Of a DNA stretch of 14,169 nt, positions 8,387 to 14,169 are shown piece by piece (position 1 is the first letter of the stretch; the number at the start of each line of letters is the position of its first letter). This stretch comes from Candidatus Micrarchaeota archaeon. GTDB lineage: Archaea > Micrarchaeota > Micrarchaeia > Norongarragalinales > UBA8480. The notes under the pieces were generated by a model that was not told the origin of the DNA, did no database searches, and saw only the letters and a list, made by a program, of their open reading frames with translations. Location: assembly GCA_043805855.1 (NCBI GenBank), contig JAZDHP010000030.1, positions 1 to 14,169 of the forward strand. Reading direction: 5' to 3'. The translations under genes were made by a program, and so were the position numbers.

Positions 8387-9304
8387 TTACGCTTTTCCTG
8401 CGCTTCCTAGGAGTTTGATTTTATTTTCAACTACGCGTTGCATTAGTTCAATTGACGGCGGGAGGATTTTCCTCGGGTCGAACTCACGCGGGCTACTCAT
8501 TAACGTTTCGCGAAGCGCGGCTGTAAACGCTAAGCGTAAGTCAGTGCCAGTGTTAACTTTGTTTATGCCGCTTTTAACCGCTCGTTTCAATTCTTTTTCG
8601 TTGACGCCGCGAACTGTTCCAAGAAGCGCTCCAAAGCGTTGCGATAAGTCAATTACGTCGCGGGGAACTGTAGACGCGCCGTGCAGTACAAGAGGCATTT
8701 GAGTTATTTTTTTAATTGCAGTTAAACGCTTTATGTCTAATTCTGCATTTGGATCTGTAAATTTATAAGCGCCGTGCGACGTGCCAATTGCAACTGCAAG
8801 TGCATCAACGCCAGTTAGTTCAACAAACTCTTTTGCTTTTTGCGGGTCAGTTAGAACAATATCTTTAGCTGCATTTTCGCCAGCGCCGCCAATTGTGCCT
8901 AATTCTCCCTCTACACTTATGCCCTTTGAATGTGCTAGTTCAACAACTTGCTTTGTTAATGAAACGTTTTTTTCAAATGGAAAGTGAGAACCGTCGAACA
9001 TTACTGAACTATAACCAGCGGCAATTGCTTTTTTGACCGTGTTTAAATCAGTAGCGTGGTCAAGGTGGAGAACAGCTGGAACTTCCATTGATTCACAGGC
9101 GCGTTTCGCAATGCAAGCGAGGAACTCGAAACCAGCATAGTCTAGCTCATGCTGTGCTGTTTCAATAATAACCGGCGAGTTCTGCGCCTCCGCCCCCAGA
9201 ACAATAGCTTTGGTAATTTCTAAATTACACGTATTGAAAGCACCAACTGCGTAGCCGCCCTTGTCCGCCTTGGCGAGAACTTCTTTTAAAGTAGTTAATG
9301 TCAT
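8387..9304 (-). CDS. fba: Class II fructose-1,6-bisphosphate aldolase
   Basis: YAVGAFN, HLDH (Zn ligands), SSVMFDGS, VEGELG, LAVAIGTSHGAYK, PLVLHGAS, KVNTGTD and FDPRK. Confidence 0.95.
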   Translation of the reverse strand: MTLTTLKEVLAKADKGGYAVGAFNTCNLEITKAIVLGAEAQNSPVIIETAQHELDYAGFEFLACIAKRACESMEVPAVLHLDHATDLNTVKKAIAAGYSSVMFDGSHFPFEKNVSLTKQVVELAHSKGISVEGELGTIGGAGENAAKDIVLTDPQKAKEFVELTGVDALAVAIGTSHGAYKFTDPNAELDIKRLTAIKKITQMPLVLHGASTVPRDVIDLSQRFGALLGTVRGVNEKELKRAVKSGINKVNTGTDLRLAFTAALRETLMSSPREFDPRKILPPSIELMQRVVENKIKLLGSAGKA

Positions 9305-9328
9305 TTAATTTAGCTAACGTTCTTGCGG

Positions 9329-9341
9329 TATTTATATCTTT
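9329..9341 (-). promoter_or_regulatory. Putative BRE/TATA promoter of fba (leaderless transcript)
   Basis: Minus-strand AAAGA-TATAAATA. The TATA spans 9336-9329 and ends about 24 nt before ATG 9304. No SD motif is present. Confidence 0.6.
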
Positions 9342-9351
9342 ATTTACTTGT

Positions 9352-12300
9352 TTAGCGTATATCGCAGTAAACGTGGCACTTAGTTTCTTCTTTGTCTTTT
9401 AAGTAAATGTCTGTAAACGTAGTGAAGTATGTTGCTTCAGTGTCGACTTTTTCTTGTTTGTTTAAATTGCAATCTCCTTCAACGTGACCGCCAAAAGCGC
9501 CATTATCGCACGAATAGCCAGACATGCAAATTGCACGGTCTCCAACTACAGTTCTACCGACAACTGGATAATCTCCTTGTGAAATGTCAAAACTTGGCAT
9601 ATGGCGCCAGTCTCCAATTTGTCCGCTGCGTTTTGACACCCAGTCTATTTTACCCGAGGGAGTTAGCCCAAAAGTAGCTAAGTTTAAATCAACATCTTGT
9701 GACACTCGGCTTATACACGGTAGGTTATTATCCTCTGAGTCGGACGATCTGCCATTGCAATATATTGAATATTGAGTTGGAAAAGCTATTGGCGAGGGGT
9801 TAAACAACGGGCACTTATTTCGCGAAAATCCATATTGTGAAAGCGCCATGTCTCTCAGCAAAACGCCGCTTGGTGATTTTGGCGTGTTTTCTGCAGTTGG
9901 CTGTTCCGGAATATAATCGCGAAGTGAACGCACGCAGTAGCCTGGCGAGCGATCTGGTTCAGTTGCACTGTGTGGTATTGAAGTTGAAAATGTAAAGTAG
10001 CACATTTTCGTTCGGCGATCACCGTTACCAAGCCAACATGAATTTGAATTATCTGAAATTTGTATAAAGCTCTTGGAAATTTCTAAAGGTTGTGCGTTTA
10101 CCTTCCATTTCCATAAACCGCTAGCGCTATCAAGATAATAGGTAAACGTGACAACGTAGTACCCGCGGTCCCAAGTTTTACTGTACTCACACCCACCTTT
10201 GGCTTCGGTTATCTTAAAATGATCTTGCGATAATTCATAACTAAGATGAAGCCCGTATTGATTTTCAAGAACTGACTTCCAATTTAGATTAACAAAACAG
10301 GGGCCACTATAGTCTTCAACACTAGCGATACTATCCGTACACTGAAATTCATTTATAAGGTTAAACACGCGAGTGTACTTGAATTCTTTTACAGGCGTAT
10401 CACTATCACCTATGAAGTATTTGAACGGCGCATCGGTAGTGAATTCATTTTCTCGAGGAGTGAATAATGGAACTGAAACTAATTCAGTTGTATTAACCCA
10501 CCTTTGCGTCGAGCGGCCTGGAACTTCAACTTGCTTTATTTTAGTTTGTGCGTTGCATGCTGGAGTTGGATCACAAACTGGAGAGCGACAGGCGTTGAAA
10601 CAAGGCGTTCCATCTGCATTTTGGCCAGTTGCAGCGTCGCAAGTTGAATCACAAGTAACTCCGTTTTGGCATGGAACGCACGTTTCAGTTCTTGTTGTTG
10701 TGCTTGGCACGGTTTTCATCCAGTCGTTTAAAGTTGGTCTGCAATTTCCAGAGTCAAACGTAAACGGCCCAGTTTCTTGACACCAGTAACTACTTTGGCC
10801 ACTTCGTCTAAACGCAGTTGTTCGCCGTAGTTCATCTGCGTCTCGAATATAAGACAATATTGGCCGCGAGTACCAGCTCGTTCCGTCAAACAAAGCGTCA
10901 GGCTGTACGCCAACGTCGGTTTCAGAAACTACCAAATTACTATCAAGTATTTCCAATTGCATTACGTGGCTTTGTTTAGCAAGTGCAAAAGCTTGGCCAG
11001 GTACATCAGTAAACCCAATTTTATACGTTTGACCATCATTTTGAACTGTTTTAAACCCTAACCTAGTTTCACTATTTGAACGCGAATGTAATTGCAAGTT
11101 ATCAATGACAACTAACAACGACGGGTCAAGCGGATACGTGACACCGTTTGCGCTGTAAGTATCTTGAAGCTTTTTAATTTGCAAGTTGTTTGAACTTACC
11201 GAAGCGGAATTGTGCACTGTTACATTCACTGTAATTTTGTCACTGGCCATTGTGCAGACTAAATTAAGCGAAGCGTTTGTCACGAAAACTTGATTCCCAA
11301 CAACCCCGCCACACTTAGCCGCGTTGAATTTCAACAAGTAAGCCTCATGGTTTTCTTTATAGGGAACAAGAGAAGAATCAGTTTGTTTTTCAAAAGTAAA
11401 ACAATCGCTACGGCCAGCTGGAGTCCAATCCTTTTGTCCTAGTTCATCTATTTTATCCCAATCTGATCTTCCGTCAACCGCGCAGTCTGTTGGCCCAGTT
11501 GCGTTTGAAATGTAAACTGGCACAGCGTCAGCTGGGAAAATTGGATCTACAAAAAGGGAAATTTCCTTGCATCCAATCCAACCACTTTTTCCACCTGAGC
11601 GTAGACGAGTGTCAAAAGAATAGTTGTAAAACGCTTGGTCGCCACAAGGAGTTCCAGAAAGTAAACTCTGCGAAACAATCTCGCGAACTGGATTTACACT
11701 AACTGGAATTGACTTTTCTAAAGTGAAATCGCCAAGTGTTTCGTTTACAAAATTACCAGTTGCCTTCACGGTTATTTCACTACGCTCGCTAGCTCCCCGG
11801 CCGCTTAGGTTAACTTTTACTTCAACTTCGTCCTTTCCATCGCTTCCAAAGTAACTTGCTGGCAAATCTTTTTCAAAAACCCCGCCAACAGGCGCAGGGT
11901 CAATTGTAAATTCTTGTCCTCCAACTTTAAACGCAACTCCAGTGATTGTGAAATACTCCGGGTTTGAAGTGAACTTCACTTTTGCACTGCGAATAGGATC
12001 ATTTAGTTCAAGTTTTGCACTTACTTCTAGCGGTTTTGCAAATTCACTGTCAACTGAAAATCCATTACAATCAAAAGTTGAAAACTTATCCGCGGTATTT
12101 ACTTCGCTTAACACGCCACACGCTTCTGGCTTGTTAATTGTTTCCAGTTCACTTAAAACGCGATCTTGCCTGAAATTTATACCAAGTGAGCCTTGGTCAG
12201 TGCGCTGTTCGTTTGGCGATTCAACGTTATAAAAACTAGAAAGGGTATTGCCATCGCATTCTTTATCATACTTGAGTTCGTTTATTGGAAGGTTTTGGTC

Positions 12301-14169
12301 AAACGGGTTGCGTATAAAGTCGCTTCCGCGTTTAATGAAAGACTTGTAAGCTAGAGTTAAATTTTCATAAGCATCTTGAGATCGTTCCGGCGCTTCTGGC
12401 ACAAAGTAAAACGCGTAACTTTGGCTAAATGCATTTGCAGAGTCGCGCTGGATTGACATTAGCAAACGCTTCCACGAATCTCCAGTTAAATCATTTCCAC
12501 ATCCGCCGCCTGAAGTTGAAGTAGAGCTGCGCACTGTTAAGCCAACTGGCGCATTCACAGCAAGCGGCTTGGGAGAAAAGTCAAACAACGTTGGTTTGCT
12601 TGTTGTATTTGCTGGCGTGAAGAATAAATGTGATTGCTGTGCGTTGACGAAAAATCCAGAAAGCGAAGCAATGTAAACGTGATTTTCTTTCAACACGCCG
12701 TTAACTGGAATTTGTTGGAATGTAACGTTGTCAAAAACGCCGTTTATAACAACACGCGAATCTTGCACTGCACTAATTGGCATCATAGACGCGTTTACTT
12801 CAGTTGCGCTATTCTCTTCAAACACATTGCGCTGTTCGTCGCCAATTGTTCCAAATGAAAACACATAGTCAAAATATAGGTTGCTTGAAAAGTTGACAAA
12901 ATACCAACCGCGAGTTTTCACGGAAACGTTGCACGGCACCGCGCACGTTTGAGAAGAAACGCCGTTGCGCGTTACGTTTACCGTTATTCCAGTTGCGGGT
13001 TGGTTTGTAATTACGTCAAGTGCAGTTAACACAAATTTTGCAAAGCGGATTTCCCACTGTAATATAGTTTCAATTTGTGCTTCGCTAAGCGTAACTTGTT
13101 TTCTGGCAGTTAAATCTCCTGAACTTGCACGGATTTCCACAACTGCATTGCGCTGCAAGTTGGAAAAAACTTGCTGGGAACTCTTCGTTGTCTTTTGTTC
13201 AATTATTCTACCGTCGCTAGTGTAAAGCGTTGCAATACCATCTAAATTATTATTGTACTCGTCGACAAAACGGGCAGTTAAAACTGAAGTGTTTTCCTCT
13301 GCAGCTGGCGCGAGTAAAATTGGAAAAACTTTGACTGGCGAAAACAATTGAGATACGTTTGTAAGAAAACCAGATTTGCGCGAAGTTACGTAGTATTGCT
13401 TGTCAATTGTAAGCGAAATTGTAACGTTTCCACTTGACGGTGAAGTGCCGTTTGTCATTTCAACATTCTGGCTGTCAAAAACTTGAAACGCTACGCCGGT
13501 TACTTTTTGCTGCGAAAGTTGTGAAATGAAAGAAAGCGTCACGTTGGCAGATGGAACTTTAACAGCTTCAATTACAATTTCTTGCAAGTCAGGCGTAACA
13601 GCTAAATCGCTAGTTTTGTTAGAAGAATAGCCGACAATGTTCGCGGCAAAGTAAACGTGTTGGTTCATCACTAGATTTTCAAACAACGCCACTCCATTTA
13701 CAGAATTTCCATCACGCATTTTTGAATTTGTTTCAACATCGTATAAACTAATTGTTCCATTGAGCATAACGCCCGTATCTTTTTCTTGAATTTTAACTTG
13801 AAAAGAACCACGCTGTTCAGCTTCCCCGGCTAAATTTACTCGGCCTCTAAGTGTACCTAAATTATTAGTTCCACGTGGAGAAGATAAAGTGCCAGTGTGG
13901 TTAATTGGCTGTGTTGGCTGCGTTCCTGCCACCGAACGGAGAGAAATTACTAAGCTACTTCCAATTGCCCGCGTTGTTGTTTCAAAACCTTCTTTAGCTA
14001 TTTTCACCTGCAACGCGCGCCCTTTGTCACTAAAGGAAACTTCGCCAGTTGCGTTTGTCAATTGCATTGCAACTTCTTCATTGCTAGCTGCAATTAACTG
14101 CACTGACGCGCCTTCAACAGGAGCACCACTACTAACAACTTTAACGTAAACGCTTTGCGCTGGAGAAAA
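9352..14169 (-). CDS. Giant surface protein with carboxypeptidase-regulatory-like repeats and Cys-rich C-terminus (5' end beyond the right edge; at least 1605 aa)
   Basis: The ORF-track frame is open to the window edge (FSPAQSVYVKVVSSGAPVEGASVQL...), so GTG 14103 is internal. Repeats include GAPVEGASV..TNATGEVSF..AKEGF, VNGVALF..IVGY and SSGNVTI..RKSGF. About 23 N-x-S/T sequons counted. Cys-rich distal third. Stop TAA at 9352-9354. Confidence 0.92.
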   Translation of the reverse strand, partial: FSPAQSVYVKVVSSGAPVEGASVQLIAASNEEVAMQLTNATGEVSFSDKGRALQVKIAKEGFETTTRAIGSSLVISLRSVAGTQPTQPINHTGTLSSPRGTNNLGTLRGRVNLAGEAEQRGSFQVKIQEKDTGVMLNGTISLYDVETNSKMRDGNSVNGVALFENLVMNQHVYFAANIVGYSSNKTSDLAVTPDLQEIVIEAVKVPSANVTLSFISQLSQQKVTGVAFQVFDSQNVEMTNGTSPSSGNVTISLTIDKQYYVTSRKSGFLTNVSQLFSPVKVFPILLAPAAEENTSVLTARFVDEYNNNLDGIATLYTSDGRIIEQKTTKSSQQVFSNLQRNAVVEIRASSGDLTARKQVTLSEAQIETILQWEIRFAKFVLTALDVITNQPATGITVNVTRNGVSSQTCAVPCNVSVKTRGWYFVNFSSNLYFDYVFSFGTIGDEQRNVFEENSATEVNASMMPISAVQDSRVVINGVFDNVTFQQIPVNGVLKENHVYIASLSGFFVNAQQSHLFFTPANTTSKPTLFDFSPKPLAVNAPVGLTVRSSTSTSGGGCGNDLTGDSWKRLLMSIQRDSANAFSQSYAFYFVPEAPERSQDAYENLTLAYKSFIKRGSDFIRNPFDQNLPINELKYDKECDGNTLSSFYNVESPNEQRTDQGSLGINFRQDRVLSELETINKPEACGVLSEVNTADKFSTFDCNGFSVDSEFAKPLEVSAKLELNDPIRSAKVKFTSNPEYFTITGVAFKVGGQEFTIDPAPVGGVFEKDLPASYFGSDGKDEVEVKVNLSGRGASERSEITVKATGNFVNETLGDFTLEKSIPVSVNPVREIVSQSLLSGTPCGDQAFYNYSFDTRLRSGGKSGWIGCKEISLFVDPIFPADAVPVYISNATGPTDCAVDGRSDWDKIDELGQKDWTPAGRSDCFTFEKQTDSSLVPYKENHEAYLLKFNAAKCGGVVGNQVFVTNASLNLVCTMASDKITVNVTVHNSASVSSNNLQIKKLQDTYSANGVTYPLDPSLLVVIDNLQLHSRSNSETRLGFKTVQNDGQTYKIGFTDVPGQAFALAKQSHVMQLEILDSNLVVSETDVGVQPDALFDGTSWYSRPILSYIRDADELRRTTAFRRSGQSSYWCQETGPFTFDSGNCRPTLNDWMKTVPSTTTRTETCVPCQNGVTCDSTCDAATGQNADGTPCFNACRSPVCDPTPACNAQTKIKQVEVPGRSTQRWVNTTELVSVPLFTPRENEFTTDAPFKYFIGDSDTPVKEFKYTRVFNLINEFQCTDSIASVEDYSGPCFVNLNWKSVLENQYGLHLSYELSQDHFKITEAKGGCEYSKTWDRGYYVVTFTYYLDSASGLWKWKVNAQPLEISKSFIQISDNSNSCWLGNGDRRTKMCYFTFSTSIPHSATEPDRSPGYCVRSLRDYIPEQPTAENTPKSPSGVLLRDMALSQYGFSRNKCPLFNPSPIAFPTQYSIYCNGRSSDSEDNNLPCISRVSQDVDLNLATFGLTPSGKIDWVSKRSGQIGDWRHMPSFDISQGDYPVVGRTVVGDRAICMSGYSCDNGAFGGHVEGDCNLNKQEKVDTEATYFTTFTDIYLKDKEETKCHVYCDIR

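Noticed and set aside
9352..9800. Diversity-generating retroelement target at the giant protein's C-terminus
   Set aside because: No reverse transcriptase or near-identical template repeat was seen in the window, and no C-type-lectin-like signature was recognised. A distant template repeat cannot be excluded.
8415..14149. Short ORFs overlapping fba and the right giant gene
   Set aside because: They are antisense or out-of-frame shadows of well-supported CDSs.
1..14169. tRNA, CRISPR array, IS element, or nucleotide-level direct repeats between the two giants
   Set aside because: Intergenic gaps are at most 85 nt, with no cloverleaf or repeat-spacer pattern seen. The paralog similarity is visible only at protein level, which argues against a recent duplication or mobile-element boundary.

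Overview
AT-rich, gene-dense archaeal DNA, most consistent with a DPANN lineage (Micrarchaeota/Diapherotrites-like). This is inferred from GGTGA/GAGG ribosome-binding sites, TATA-like boxes about 25 nt upstream of starts, and the protein families present. Two giant minus-strand surface proteins, each cut by a window edge, bracket the window: 3..4163 (at least 1387 aa, missing from the ORF track because it has no stop in the window) and 9352..14169 (at least 1605 aa). They share a collinear series of motifs and look like diverged paralogs. Between them lie arginyl-tRNA synthetase, a small Cys-containing membrane-anchored protein, a Nudix hydrolase, a peptidase S51 (PepE-like) protein, a 43-aa zinc-finger-like gene absent from the ORF track, an HTH-MNT nucleotidyltransferase with no adjacent HEPN gene, and a class II fructose-bisphosphate aldolase. 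The most striking observation is an 8-Cys, 42-aa 'knob' on a possible beta-hairpin 'stalk'. It is inserted in one giant paralog at a site where the other has only a short two-Cys loop. No RNA genes, CRISPR arrays or mobile elements were recognised.
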